From Phyllosticta citribraziliensis (taxonomy: Eukaryota): a stretch of DNA of 64,000 nucleotides. Position 1 is the first letter of the stretch; every line of letters starts with the position of its first letter. The translations under genes and the position numbers were made by a program. Positions 22,829 through 35,626 of the stretch are shown here, one piece after another. Under the pieces are notes generated by a model. That model made no database searches. It was not told the origin of the DNA and worked only from the letters and a program-made list of their open reading frames with translations. The stretch is taken from NCBI RefSeq assembly GCF_038025025.1, contig NW_027117348.1, positions 1 to 64,000 on the forward strand. Reading direction: 5' to 3'.

Positions 22829-24445
22829 ATGCTTGAGGGGCGCGCTTTGATGAGCTTTGTCACCGCGTTGACGTGCCTGAGCTTCTTGCTCATCGGCTAC
22901 GACAATGGATTGATGGGAGGATTGGTGAACACCAAGGGGTGGAAGCACCAGTTTGATACGCCGAGGTCGACAATGGTGGGGTTGATTGTCGCCATCTACG
23001 AAGGTCTGTTGCGCCCGCACCACCTTGTACGCCTTGCTGACCACCACCGCAGTCGGCTGCTTTGTCGGATCGATAGCAACATCGATATGGGGTGAGAGAC
23101 TCGGACGAATCAAGAGTATTGGAGTTGGCGTGGTCATTATGATCATTGGAGCTCTCATCCAAGCTACCGCCTACTCCCGGGCGCATTTGATCATTGCCCG
23201 CATCATCTCCGGCGTGGGAATGGGTTTCATCAACAGCACTGCGCCAGTCTTGATGGCCGAATTTGCTCCACAAGCCACGAGAGGAATTTGTAAGTTCCCC
23301 GGATCTCAGACGCGGACTCTGCTGACAAGCCGTAGTCGTCTGCGCCCAACTGTCGACGCTCAACTTTGGAATTTTCCTCGTGTATTGGATCGACTACGGC
23401 TTCTCCAAGCACAAGGAATTCTGGGCTTGGCGCATTCCGACCATCTTGCAGTGCATCTTCTTGATCCCCATGGGTATCTTGCTGTTCATCATCCCCGAAT
23501 CGCCGCGCTGGCTAGCCCGGCACGACCGCCGCGAAGAGTCGCTCGAGGTTCTCGGCCGTCTGTACAAGCACACCATGACGCCCACCGAGGTCCAGAGCTT
23601 GCACGCCGACATTGTAAAGACGGCGGCGCTGGAAGAGGCAATTGGTGCCGGCTCGTGGAAGGACTTGCTGGTCGAGGACGAGATCAAGTCGCGTCGTCGG
23701 CTGTTGATTGCTTGCTCGGTCCAGGCTTTCCAGCAACTAGGCGGAATCAACGCCATCATCTGTGAGTTTGCTCTTCAACTCCCAAAAAAGACATGGACTG
23801 ATAGAGCCAGATTATTCCGCCACCCTGTTCAAGGATTCAATCGGCTTCGACGACAACATGGCCGCGCTGATGAGTGGCTTCCTCCAAACTTGGTTCTTCT
23901 TGGCTTCCTTCATCCCCTGGTTCCTGATTGACCGCATCGGTCGGCGCCCTCTGCTGCTGTCCATGATCTTCCTGATGGCCACCGTCATGGCGATCCAGTG
24001 CGGCCTCATCTATCAGGTGCAGCACAAGACGTCAATCGAGCACGCTGCTGGCATTGCCGCTGCGACGATGCTCTTCATCTACCAGGGCGCCTTCACCGTC
24101 GGCTTCCAGGCCACGGTATGGGTGTACCCGTCGGAGATTCTGCCGCTGCGGCTCCGTCAGCGCGGATCCTCTCTATCGACGGCGTCCAACTGGATCATCA
24201 ACTTTGCCGTCGTCATGTTCACGCCGCCGTCCATCTCCAACATTGGCTGGCGCACGTACATCATCTTTGCGGTGCTCAACTACAGCTTCCTCCCCGTTAT
24301 CTACTGGTTCTACCCCGAGACCATGGGCAAGCAGCTGGAGGACATGGACAGATTGTTTGCCGAGCAGCCAGGTGAGTTTGAAAGGGACACACCTGCGGCG
24401 GGCAAGCAGGGGGCTATTGAGCAGGTCGAGGACGTCGACGTGTGA
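22829..24445 (+). CDS. MFS sugar-porter family transporter
   Basis: LIGYDNG, GERLGR, PESPRWL, QQLGGINAI, DRIGRR, PET.GK.LE motifs; three introns. Confidence 0.95.
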
Positions 24446-26711
24446 AGATGCACTTGTAGTATACTGAGCTGTGTGGTGGGAGCTGATCCAGATTCCTTCC
24501 AGACGACGAGGAAAATTGTGGTTTGTTGAGTCATGATCACAACTGTACGTAAGATAGCTGGCTGGCTTCGCTTCTCTGCTGTGAATTATCGCGTTCGATA
24601 ATTTTTGGACACTTTGCAAACACGTTCCATGTGAGTAAATCCGCCCCGAAACAGGCAGTCTTCTCGAATCCTTCCGCGCGAGGCTCCGTGCGTGTGGACG
24701 TGGTTCCCCGCAAAGTCGTTCCCCGCAAGTGATGTCAGTGGAGGCTAACTTGTGCGTACAATTGGCCATGGCAGAGTTCAAACGCCGACGCCAGGGACAG
24801 GGAGGACGGTGGGGAGCGTTTTGAGTCGGAAGCCGACGACGGCTTGGAGGCCTGTGGATCAGCGCGTGAGCACGGCGAGGAGTAAGATCTGGTGGATCGA
24901 GGGGAGGACGGCGTTTGAATTGCCTCTTTGCGTCGCCATGTTATGCCCAAGTCGGGGCTGAGCAGGTTGGCCGGTGGTTCATGACTTGACGACCTGATGT
25001 TGGACGGCTTCATCCAGGGATTGCGCGGGAGTTGAGTTTTGCCTGTGATACTCGGGATTCCAGTTGGACAGCCATCTCTTTTGGAAAATGCACACGTGAG
25101 GCGTCAATAACGCAGCCCGGCCTTCCCTGGCGTGGGCACGTGGCCTTGTTGTTGTGACTCGCATGCCGACGTCGACACTAAAAGCAAACACCGTGCCAAA
25201 TGTCCCCTAACCCACCGGCCAAGTCCGCAGCTGTGCGCGGAAACGCGGTGCTCTGCGTCGAGGCTGTTGTTCCAAATGGCCGAGCGATTCTTGGAATAGG
25301 CTGGGCCGCTGTTTGCCGCTGGAGGTTGGCAGGAGAAGGTGGGCTGTCGCTGTCCAGTGCGCGATGTGCGTATCCGAGGCGGTATCCTGAGCGGTGGAAT
25401 TGTAGCGTATCTGCCGAGGAGCGAAGAGGCCAAGGATGAGGTGTTGTTGGCGAGATGGGGAGAGTCTGATGTTGGTGTTGTGGTCGTCGTCAGGCGCTTA
25501 CTAAGCGCTCGCTTGGGGTCGTCGCCTCGTCCACGACCACGGGAACCCAAACCACGACACCACATCCATCACCGCCCGTATTGACCGTCCATCGTCATCT
25601 GCTTCCTCGCCTGCGTCTCCCGAAGCGCTCCCTAGCATGGCCGTCACCACTACGTCTCGGTCTCGGCCTCGCTGCCTTGCGTGACACCGCCCTCCAGCGA
25701 GTCGAACCACCTCTCCAACCTCAACGCCTGGCCCCACGCGTCTCCACAATTCTCTCGCCAAATCCCCAGATTCAAGATTGCCATCGCCGCCGTGGCTTGC
25801 CGCTTCGGCCTCGGTCTCGGTCTTGACTCTTCGTTCAAATGCGACGGTCGAGCGAGCTCCATACAGCGAACACGGACACAACTGGAGCAGTGGTCGACAA
25901 TGCTGTATAGTTGGTTTGGAGTCAAGAGCGGCTTTTGCGGCATTAGTCGCTGGGTGATGGCTCGGACAGACTCGGCTTGATGGACAAAACCTGCACCGAC
26001 TTGGATAGGCAAGGTGAGTGGTGGAATACTCGCGGAACAAAGAGTCTGCAAACGCGAAATCCACTTGTAGATCAGTTGATCTAGAATGGCCGTGGTCTTT
26101 GATCCGAAGATGCGATATGGTTTGCAGGAAGAGTCTTCGTTCGGTCTGGCTGTCATGGCCATCGCAGCGGAAAGCGCATGATGGAACGGCTGCGCATCAA
26201 GTTCGAACGTTCCCTTTTCAGTTCCTTTTCAGCTTTGGCTTGTTTTCCGTCGTCTTTTTGTTTCTCTCTTATCAGGTCTGAATGTCTGAATTCAACAATT
26301 TCAAAGACATCTACAATTCCCACTGTGAGGCTCGACAGGGGTGTCCCAACTAGGCAAAATGCCCGACAGACAAGAGTTTCAAGGCAAGGCCCGAGCCGTA
26401 TGGCGAAACACGGTCAACGGCGCAGGGACACACTGTCGTAGATGTCACGAACAGATGTGGACCCCAGATGTCAGCTCTTCGCCTCCCCACTCGCAAGTCC
26501 GGCCTCGCCCTCAGCAGCCACTCCCGACTAGCCGCCTCTCGACGTCGCCCATTGGCTGGCCGCAGCCATCCCTCGACGACCACCTGGACCACACTCGGCC
26601 CACCCCGACATCCGATCAGCTGCTTGCAGACTGCTTAAAACCTCCTCGGCATCTTGCTCCTAAGAATGCAATTGACCAGTTCGCTACCCTTTGTTCTCTC
26701 CACACCTCAGC

Positions 26712-28243
26712 ATGGCCCAGCCTCGTCCGCTCAAAGTCCTGATTGCCGGCGCTGGCATAGGTGGATTGGGCGCCGCAATAGCACTCCGGCAGCAGGGACA
26801 TGTCGTAGAGGTACGAAGCATTCTTGATCGAGTGTGCGCATTGCCAACCAATCCAGCTCTTTGAAAAATCACGCCTAGCGAGCGAAATTGGCGCCGCCAT
26901 CCACCTCGCTCCAAACTTCACCACCCTCTTGCTCCGGCTCGGCTTGGACCCAGTGTCATATGGAGCCACGCAGAACCGCGGCCTGGCCATGTTTGACGCG
27001 TCGGGGAAGCCTGGCTTTACAAAAACGTACGACGCCGAGAGGCCGCTCTGGCAAGCTGCAAGTATCCCGAACCGAGAGTCGTTCTGCGCTGACTTTGGTA
27101 GGACTGGTTCTTCATCCAGCGCGCTGGCTTGCACCGAATGCTCAAGGACGCTGCGACGGGCGCCGAAGGAAAAGGCACCCCTGCAGTGCTGAATACCGGC
27201 TGTGCTGTAGCCAACGTCGACTGCGCGACGGGCACCATTACCCTCGAAGATGGCCGCCAGATATCCGGAGATCTCGTCCTCATCGCCGACGGCGTACATT
27301 CCCAATCGCGCAAGGCCGTCAGCGGTGTAGAACGGACGCCGTTCAGCGCGGGCAAGTGCTGCTACCGATGGCTCGTTCCCACCGACATTGTCAAGGCCGA
27401 CCCGGGCACGCGGCCGCTGGTGGAGCGCCCAGGGCTGTTTGTCGACATTGAAGGCGACGACAAGCGCATCGTGATATACCCCTGCGGCAACAATACCATT
27501 ACGAACTGCCTGGCCTTTGTGTCGATGGAGGACATGTGGGACCCTGAAAAGCCGGGCGCGCCGAGTATGCTTGCCAATGCAATTAAATTGCAGCATGCTG
27601 ACCATTGACAGAAACGGCCAAGGAGGCCATGATTGCGGCCTACAGCAACCTCAGCGATGGATTCCGTCGACTGCTGGAGATCGCTCCCGACGGCTCGGAG
27701 AGCGATTCGGGCGTCAAGCCGTGGCCTCTGCTCGACATGGCTTCGCTGCCGACGTGGGTCAACGGACGAGCAGCATTGCTCGGGGATGCAGCGCATCCAT
27801 TCCTGCCCTGTACGTCTTGGTCCGAATCATCACGTCGCTACTTTGATGGACTGACCCGGTGCAGATCTCGGCCAAGGCGGCGCCATAGCCGTCGAGGACG
27901 CCGTCTCCCTGGGCGTGCTCCTCCCGCTTGGCACGGCAGCGTCCGACATTCCAGCCCGGCTGCAACTGTACCAGCAGTGCCGAAAAGAACGGGCGGAGCG
28001 CGTGCAGGAGAACACGCGTATTCGGGGGCGGCATCCCGACGGATCCGAGGGCCCACCGCCGACGAGTGAGTTGACGACGTGCCTCCTTTTGGCTGCGGCT
28101 CTGAATGAACTGACGTCTTTGCAGCGGAGGAGTACATGGGCTTCATCCAGTACGCCATCATGCACGACGAGTGGAAGAGCTCGTCCGACGCGCTCAACGG
28201 CCACCTCGCGGCGCAGCAGGAGCAGGGGAGGTCCAGGATTTAG
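26712..28243 (+). CDS. FAD-dependent monooxygenase (salicylate/hydroxybenzoate hydroxylase-like, group A flavoprotein)
   Basis: IAGAGIGG, EIGAAIHL, IADGVHS, LLGDAAHPFLP..GQGG...VED; five introns, one of them GC-AG. Confidence 0.93.
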
Positions 28244-28672
28244 GTTGTGCTTGTCCCCATCGCCTCGACCACTTGTCCGATACCGCTGTACATATCCCAC
28301 CATACACTTGTGTCGCCGTCGTGTAACGCAATGGATCGTCCGTTGGTCACCGCTGCTGACTGAAACCACGCTGTCGCTGGCTGGCCGCTCTGTCGTGAGG
28401 CGTCGTATTCGTATCGTATCTCGTTCGCGTCGCATCAACCCCTTAGGCCATCTTTCTAGTCTGGCTTGCCTGCGTCGCAGTGGGCGCTCGTTGTGGCAAC
28501 CGCGTAAGCTGGACACTACTGGTATCCACATGGCGGCGGCTGTGCAGACGCTGTGTGTACTTATGGGCAGCGTAGGTCCCTATCATCGCCAGTCATCTCA
28601 CCTCTTCTCGTCACAAAATACATCCGTCTCAAGTCAATCCAACCTTCCACTTGATCCAACCACACAGCAGCC

Positions 28673-29650
28673 ATGTCAACAACTAGCACCACCGCCTCAA
28701 CCACCTCGACCACAACGCACATCAAAGGCGCGTCCGCCCTCGACTTCCCCGCCCTGTCCTCGGCCACCGAAGCGGCGCGGCTGCGCGCCCAACACGCGCT
28801 CGTGACGGCCGCCGTCGGCGGGCTGGTCCTCGCGCCCCTCGACCTGGCGCAGCGCGGCCTGCGCTTCCTCGACTGCGGCACCGCCGACGGCCACTTCCTG
28901 TACGAAGTGCGCGCGCAGCTGGCGCAGCCGGAGACGGCGGCGCTGGAGGGCATCGACGTGGCGGCGTATCCGGCGCACCCAGCGGCGTCGTCTGGCGACT
29001 CGGCGCCGCCGGCCAACGTGCACATCACGACGCACGACATCCTGACGCCCTTCCCGGCGGCGTGGCGCGGCTCGTTCGACCTCGTCCAGCTGCGCACCGT
29101 GCTGTCGAACCTGGCGGGGCGCGCGCAGGCCGTGGCGGCGCTGGCCAACGTGCTGCCGCTGCTGAAGCCGGGGACGGGCTACGTGCAGCTGGTCGACGGG
29201 GCGCAGATGACGGGGACTATTCGCGCGGACGATCGGGCCAGTGTCAAGGTGCTGCGCGCGCTGGCGAATGGCGCGCAGAGCGTGGGGAGGGATTTGGGCG
29301 TTGGGAGGGAGCTTGTGGGGTTGTTGAGGGACGCTGCTGCCAGCATCTCTTCCGACGACAACAGCAAGGAGAACGACATGGCAATCGACGTCACCGACGC
29401 GCGCGAGGTGCACTCCGTCTTCGGCCACGGCGCCGGGTCCGCAGAGCTGGAAGAGCTAGGTGTCAGCGAGATGCGCAGTTTGTACCGGGTGGTACGGATG
29501 AGGATGCAGCAGATGGGAGCGGGGGTGTGGGAGGCGGCGGGGATATCGCGGGGGGAGTTTGAGGGGCTGGAGGAGGCGCTGGTGAGGGAGACGAGGGAGC
29601 AGGGTGTGCCGTGGACGTGGTATGTTGCTGTTGCGCGGCGGGTGCGGTAG
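28673..29650 (+). CDS. Class I SAM-dependent methyltransferase-like protein
   Basis: FLDCGTADG, GIDV, HDILTPFP..W.GSFDLV, LLKPG.GYVQLVD; intronless. Confidence 0.88.
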   Translation: MSTTSTTASTTSTTTHIKGASALDFPALSSATEAARLRAQHALVTAAVGGLVLAPLDLAQRGLRFLDCGTADGHFLYEVRAQLAQPETAALEGIDVAAYPAHPAASSGDSAPPANVHITTHDILTPFPAAWRGSFDLVQLRTVLSNLAGRAQAVAALANVLPLLKPGTGYVQLVDGAQMTGTIRADDRASVKVLRALANGAQSVGRDLGVGRELVGLLRDAAASISSDDNSKENDMAIDVTDAREVHSVFGHGAGSAELEELGVSEMRSLYRVVRMRMQQMGAGVWEAAGISRGEFEGLEEALVRETREQGVPWTWYVAVARRVR

Positions 29651-30423
29651 GCTGTGTATATGTAGACGTGGATTTCTGTACGTATGGAGCTCACAGCAAC
29701 AAGCATTGACTGGCACTACTTACTCGCCTATATGTGCCCGAGATCACGGCCCTCGCAACTAGAGGCTAAACTGTGGATCCCATTGGTCAAAATGCCCCGA
29801 AGAGAGCATCATCAGGTCGTCACTGGCCAACGCCGTACTACCACTACTCGCGAAATAAAATAAGGGACGGGCCGGTCCCGCTCGCCTACGGGGCGTTTGA
29901 GCCGCAAACCTTGGTCTCCACCTGCTCCAGTAGCTCGCAGCTCGCTCCGCATAATCGAAACAAGGCGACGGCGTCCATCGCCTGTCTGGGGAACCAGTGA
30001 CGCTTAAGAGAACACGAGTCGCAGCAGGGCCTGACGTGACAAGGTACAGCACCTCATATAGGCGTCCATATACCTACCGCACACAAGCATGGGTTGTCCC
30101 ATCCGCTAAACGACGGAGACGGACAGATTCCGCCCACGAGTCGCTCTAATTGGGCAACCACGCACGCGAGTCGACTGGAATATAGGCAAGTGGCATATTC
30201 CGCGGGGCAGCGAGTCGAGCGCGTCTGTGCTGCGCTGGAGATGACGACGCGAGTCGTACATGGAGTGTACATATTCAAAAAGACGAAGCGGCTGTGCTTT
30301 ACGGTTGGGGAGGAAGACGGCCGTTTGGTTGTTTGTTATACGTTGCTTCCAGCTTCTTTGCTCTGCTTGCCGTGTATTGTTGACTGCTGCTCTGTCGGTC
30401 TATCTATCAGCCAGTCGCTCAAC

Positions 30424-31509
30424 ATGCCGCAACTCGCAAACCACACCGACATGACGACCACCACCACCCTCTCTCTCCCCCTCTCCGCCCTCCCGACCGC
30501 CCACGTCGCTTTCGCCGCTGGCGCCGCGCGCACGACGCGCCAGGTCCGCCTCGCGCTGCCGGCCGGCCGATGCGTCGTCGACATCACTGGCGCACCGGCG
30601 ACCGCCACAGCGGACTCGTTCCGCGTGGCGGTGGACGAAGAGAGTGGTGGCGCGGGGCGAGTGGAGGTGGTGGATGTTGGGGCTGAGTTGGTGCCGTGGG
30701 GTATGAGCGGAGAAAGGGGGGACGAGGGGGTGTTGGGAGAGCAGGGGGCGGCGACAGGAGGTGCTGGGGATGGACGACAAGACCACCGACAATACCAAGG
30801 ATACGAGAAACAAGGAGAGGCGCAGGACTCCCGGCAATTGGCGTATCGCGTGCGCATCACGCTCCTCCTGCCGCACCAGACAACACCCGACGAGACACAC
30901 CACAGCGACACCGACTCCGAACGCACTATCGTCGCGACTGCTGCCGAAGACGGCGACATGGAGAGTGCGGACGTGTCCGACGCGCCGTCACCTCCTCTTT
31001 CTGTTTCGCTCTCGCTGTCGTACAGCATCCCCAGCACGCCGAACGAGCAGCGGCCCCAGTGTCAACAAGAAGATCAAAATCAAGGGGAAGAGCAAACCCA
31101 CGCACAGCGACAACGACGCCGGCTATTCCCGCTGCTACCACTGCCGCTAGGTCTCGGCCACGGCCACGACGACAAAACCAAAAACAAACACCAGCACCAC
31201 AGCAACAGCAGCAGCACCTCACCAAGCCCCCTCACGAGCCCCATCACCAGCCCAACGACGAGCGGGAGCAAGAGTAAAAGCAAGGCAAAGGGGAAGAGCA
31301 AAGGTAAACACCTTTTCGGGCTCGGTCTCGGCGCGTCGCAGCGCAGTGTGGAAGATGCGGAGCGCGAGATTCATGCGCTGTTTGGGCTGGATGGCGGGTA
31401 TGCGGGTCAGTCTCACCCGCCGCCCACCCACGGACAATCGCCGCGGCGGAGTGTTGAGCACTCGCAGCGGACGATTGAGACGTTGTTGGGGCTGGGGCCG
31501 CAGATGTAG
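30424..31509 (+). CDS. Hypothetical protein with DUF4140-like N-terminal domain and low-complexity tail
   Basis: LSALPTAHVAF..GAARTTRQVRLALPAGRCVVDITG....ATADSFRV resembles the DUF4140 N-terminus; start chosen at MPQLAN. Confidence 0.55.
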   Translation: MPQLANHTDMTTTTTLSLPLSALPTAHVAFAAGAARTTRQVRLALPAGRCVVDITGAPATATADSFRVAVDEESGGAGRVEVVDVGAELVPWGMSGERGDEGVLGEQGAATGGAGDGRQDHRQYQGYEKQGEAQDSRQLAYRVRITLLLPHQTTPDETHHSDTDSERTIVATAAEDGDMESADVSDAPSPPLSVSLSLSYSIPSTPNEQRPQCQQEDQNQGEEQTHAQRQRRRLFPLLPLPLGLGHGHDDKTKNKHQHHSNSSSTSPSPLTSPITSPTTSGSKSKSKAKGKSKGKHLFGLGLGASQRSVEDAEREIHALFGLDGGYAGQSHPPPTHGQSPRRSVEHSQRTIETLLGLGPQM

Positions 31510-31671
31510 GGAGGGGATAGAGAGGATGATGGAAAAGGATCTATTTACAGTCAGTTTACAATCTCTGGTTTTGGAATATTCCACCTTTGGCATGGTTTCA
31601 GGCCTGGTGTTCACTTGGTTTTGAAGATGCAGCAGGGATGCAATGTGTATGTACATTCTAATATCTACCGT

Positions 31672-32609
31672 CTATTCGAACTCTATCGTATTGCGCAACG
31701 TGCCAATGCCCGAAATGCGCACGTCGACCTTGGTCCCCGGGTACAAGTAGCGCGGCGCGCTCTTGCCGCTGATGCCGACGCCGCCGGGGGTGCCCGTCAT
31801 GATGAGGCTGCCCTTTTGCAGCGTGGTGCCCTGGCTGAGGTACGAGACGAGGAAGGCGACGCCAAAGACGAGGTCGTCGATGCCGGCGTCCTGGCGCTTG
31901 TCGCCGTCGACGAGCGTCTCGAGGTGCATTGTTGTCGGGTCCGGGATCAGGGCCGTCGAGACGAGGGCCGGGCCCAGCGGCGCAAACTTGTCGAAGCCCT
32001 TGCTGAAGCCCCATTGCGGCACCGGGCCGGCAAAGTGCGGGTCGCGCTGCAGCTTGCGCGACGACACGTCGTTGCCGGCCGTGTAGCCCGCGACGTAGTC
32101 GAGCGCCGAGTCGACGGGCACGTCTTTGGCGTCGGCGCCAATCACTATCACCAGCTCGCCCTCGTAGTCGGCCTGCTCGTCCTGGCACAGTTTGGGGATG
32201 GGGATGGCGGCGCCGTGGTCGTGGATGGTGGTGTTGGGCTTGAAGAAGATGGACGGGTGCGGCGGGGGGGTGCGGCCGGTTTCGCGGACTGGGAGAGTTA
32301 GATGGTGTTGATTGGGGAGTCGAGGAACGCACTGTGGGTGCCGTAGTTGAGGCCGACGCAGCGCAGAATGGGCACGTCCTTTGGTGCCAGTGGACCCAGC
32401 AGCGTCTTGACCGTGGCCACGTCGTCGCTCAGCCGTGTTGCGCCCGTCGTGTCATAAATGTCGTCGCCCTCCAGCACGCGGGCCTGCAGCCGTGTGTCGG
32501 CGGTGGTGTCGCCCAGGTCGAAGTCGGGACTGGGCAGGATGGGCTCGCCGTAGAGGACGCGGCCGTCGGTGGCCTCGAAGCGGATCAGACGCTGCCAGGG
32601 GAGCTTCAT
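31672..32609 (-). CDS. Fumarylacetoacetate hydrolase-family protein (possible fumarylpyruvate/acylpyruvate hydrolase)
   Basis: WQRLIRF, CVGLNY..H, DYEGEL, NDVSSR, KGFDKFAPLGP, TGTPGGVG; intron 32289-32332. Confidence 0.93.
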
Positions 32610-32960
32610 CGTCGTGGTGGAGAGAGAGTGGAGGTGTTGAGGATGGCCATGGCGGGCCGCGTCCAGAAAAGCAGCGGGGAGACAGCCATCGGGGGCAGAT
32701 CTGGGGCCGAGGAACACTGGCTGGTAGGACGCGTCGTCGTGGAGCGAGTGGAGACGATGGCTGGCCGGGAGAGGGGACGGCAGTGGGGTGGAGTGGAGTG
32801 GTGGTGTTGAGGGGAGACGGGGAGAGGTGGTCGTCGGGGTTAAGGATTGCGGGGTTACGCCGGCTCCGAGCCCCAAACCTCAACACCACGCAACTCTCTC
32901 GACATCACTTCTCCACCCTACGCTTCCCCGACTCGTGATGCCCTTATTCTCGCCCTCTCC

Positions 32961-35262
32961 ATGGCCGACGTCAGCCCCCCCTCGGCTTCGGCCCGTGATG
33001 ATCTGGATCGGGATGCCGGCGCCCACAAGCGACGCCGCATAGCCCTGGCCTGCTCGACCTGCCGCACCCGCAAGTCCAAGGTATCGTCTGCTGTATTCCC
33101 TCGTTCGGCTCTGACTCGCTCCCAGTGTGACGGTGCCCGTCCGCGCTGTTCCGCCTGCGTCGCCCTCGACTTTGACTGCAGCTACGTCCAGTCGTCGTCG
33201 TCGGCCAATGTCATAGTCGGCAAAGAGTACCTGTCGTCGCTCGAGGCCCGCGTTGCCCGCGTCGAGGAGCGGCTGGGCGCCGTCGAGTCTGGTTCTCCTG
33301 TCCGCCATCACAGCACCGCCAGCCAAGTCCGGCATTTCCAGCGCCAGACGTCGCCCGTCGACAGTGCCTCGCCCGTCCTCTCGCAGCCCCCCGCCGTCGA
33401 CGAGCAAGAGGGCCACACGGACGCCATTGGAGCCCTCAACTTTGCCGAGGAAGAGGACTTTGCCTTTCTCGGGCCCTCGTCCAACATTGCCTTTTCTCGC
33501 CACCTGCGTCCTGCGCTGGCTAGACTATCACGGTCTGCCATCCAAGGCACCACTCCCAACGACGCGGCTGCAGGCAGTCTGCTGCGGTCCTCGCGCCCTC
33601 CGTCGCCCTCGTCCGACCAGCATGGCTTCGACACAATCCCCACCGAGGCAGACGAGTCGCGCCTCGTCGACGACTTCTTCTCCAACACGGCCCTCATCTT
33701 TCCCTTTCTCCACGAGCGCACCTTTCGCCAGCGCTACCACGAAATGAAGACGGACCAGGCCAAGCCCGTGCAAAAGAGCTGGCTGGCCCTGTTCAACATG
33801 GTCCTGGCCATTGCAGTCAGCGTCTCGAGGACCGACATTTCCGCCATTGACCGCCAGCGCGAGTCGGACGCCTTTTACCGCCGCGCCCTGCATCTGAGCC
33901 GCGGCCAGATGATGCGCTGCTCCAGCCTGGAGACGGTCCAGCTCCTGCTCCTCATGAGCCAGTACCTTCAAGGCACGCAAAAGTCGCTGCAGACCTTCAT
34001 CATCCACGGCCTCGCCGTCAAGGGCGCCTTTCAGCTGGGCCTGCACTCCAAAGAGGCCACGCTCCACCTGACGCCCGTCGAGCGCGAGTTCCGCAAGCGC
34101 ACGTGGTTCGGCATCGTCATTGTCGACCGCACCATGAGCATGACGTTTGGCCGCCCGGCGTCGGTGCCCGCCGACTATGTGCGCCTCGACCTGCCCGTGC
34201 TCGAGCGAATGGTCGACCCGACGGCCGAGCCCAGCGTGACCAAGGACATGAGCGTCTCGTTTTACAATGCCACAATGTAAGCCGGGCGCTTCTGGGTCGG
34301 TGACGACTAACGGTGGCAGCACCCTGTACAACATCATGTACGACACCGTCAAGACGTGCTACGGCGGCAACCTGGGCTGCAACGACGCGCCCACCCACAC
34401 GCTCGACGTCGTGACGCGCATCTACGGCCTCGAGAAGCAGCTCCACGAGTGGAAGTCCTCACTCCCCCCGGGCCTGTCCCTGCGCACCAGCGCCGAATCC
34501 CCCAGCCCCAGCGACGCAGATACCGACCGCAACCGCGCGCGCACCATTCTAGCCCTGCGCTTCCTCAACCTGCGCATCCTGGTCAACCGGCCCATTGTCG
34601 TCGACCTGCTCGACGCCGTCGGCCGCCCGGACGACGCCCCGCCGCAGTACTCGCTCGTGCGCCAGGTCGGCACCAACAACCTGGCGACGTGCATCTCGTC
34701 GGCCATGGAAATTATCGCCATCGTGAGCACCACGGTGTCTCCCCAGCAGCAGCAACAGCACAAGCGGCTGCTGGGCGCGTGGTGGTTCACGCTGTACTAC
34801 ACGTTCAACGCGGCGCTGGTGCTGTGCGCGGCGCTGGTGGTGCGGCTCGACCACCGCGACGGCTTCGCCGGCGACAACGGCACGCCGTGCAGCCCGTCGT
34901 CGTCGCAGATGCGCAGGTCGTTCGACGAGGCCATCGACGCCCTGGCGCTGCTGGACCGCCGCAACAAGACCGTCGACCGCTGCGCGCAGCACCTGCGCGG
35001 CCTGGGCGCCGCGCTGGACGGCTTCATCGCGTCGAGGGAGCACGGCGGCGTGGCGCTGGCTGCCGGGGCCGGCGTCAACAATGCCGTTGATGTCACGACG
35101 GGCGCGCTGATGATGGGGGCGCGCTGGGGCGGCGGCCCCGTCGCCAATAGCGCGCCGTTTGGCAGTGAGGCGGGCGTGGGTGGCACTTCGCTTGCCGGCG
35201 TGGAGCTGGGCGAGTTCTTGGCCGACGTCGATTCGGAGCTGCTGAGTTTGTTTTTCCAGTAG
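32961..35262 (+). CDS. Zn(II)2Cys6 transcription factor with fungal-specific TF domain
   Basis: ACSTCRTRKSK|CDGARPRCSAC......C; GLH...RKRTWF...DR..SMTFGRP; LGAWWFTLYYTFNA; introns 33081-33125 and 34277-34319. Confidence 0.95.
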
Positions 35263-35518
35263 GTTGAGGGGTGAGTATTCCGTTTGTTGTCTGTTTGGCG
35301 TATCTGTCGGGAAGAACACATCTTTCAGGCTTCCGTGGGGTCTGCGTAGGTCAGGTAATGTTTATCGTGGGTGTTGGTGGGCATGAATGCTCCCTAGGGG
35401 AGCCCTCTCCTTTTCTCCTATATGGAGGCTGCGCAAGGCTAGAAACTTTGACTTGTCTATGTGCCACTATGGTAGGTGGCGAAAGCGAGATTCCCTGGTT
35501 CTGGCTACGGTGGTAAAC

Positions 35519-35626
35519 GAATGCTCTTTGCGCAGCTGGAGCTGTGGATGAATGCTCTCGGAGCGCAGCTGCTTCAGCACATGAATCTCCTCACGCGCAG
35601 CTGTAGTAGCGTAAGAATGCTCCCTA
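35519..35626. repeat. Degenerate ~32 bp tandem repeat x3.5 (GAATGCTC...GCGCAGCTG)
   Basis: GAAT(G)CTC four times and GCGCAGCTG three times at 31-33 bp spacing. Confidence 0.6.

Noticed and set aside
24700..26200. Possible extra cluster gene between transporter and monooxygenase
   Set aside because: Only short ORFs with no recognisable domain or consistent splice pattern
35519..35626. CRISPR-like array
   Set aside because: Eukaryotic context, degenerate short units, no spacer structure or cas genes
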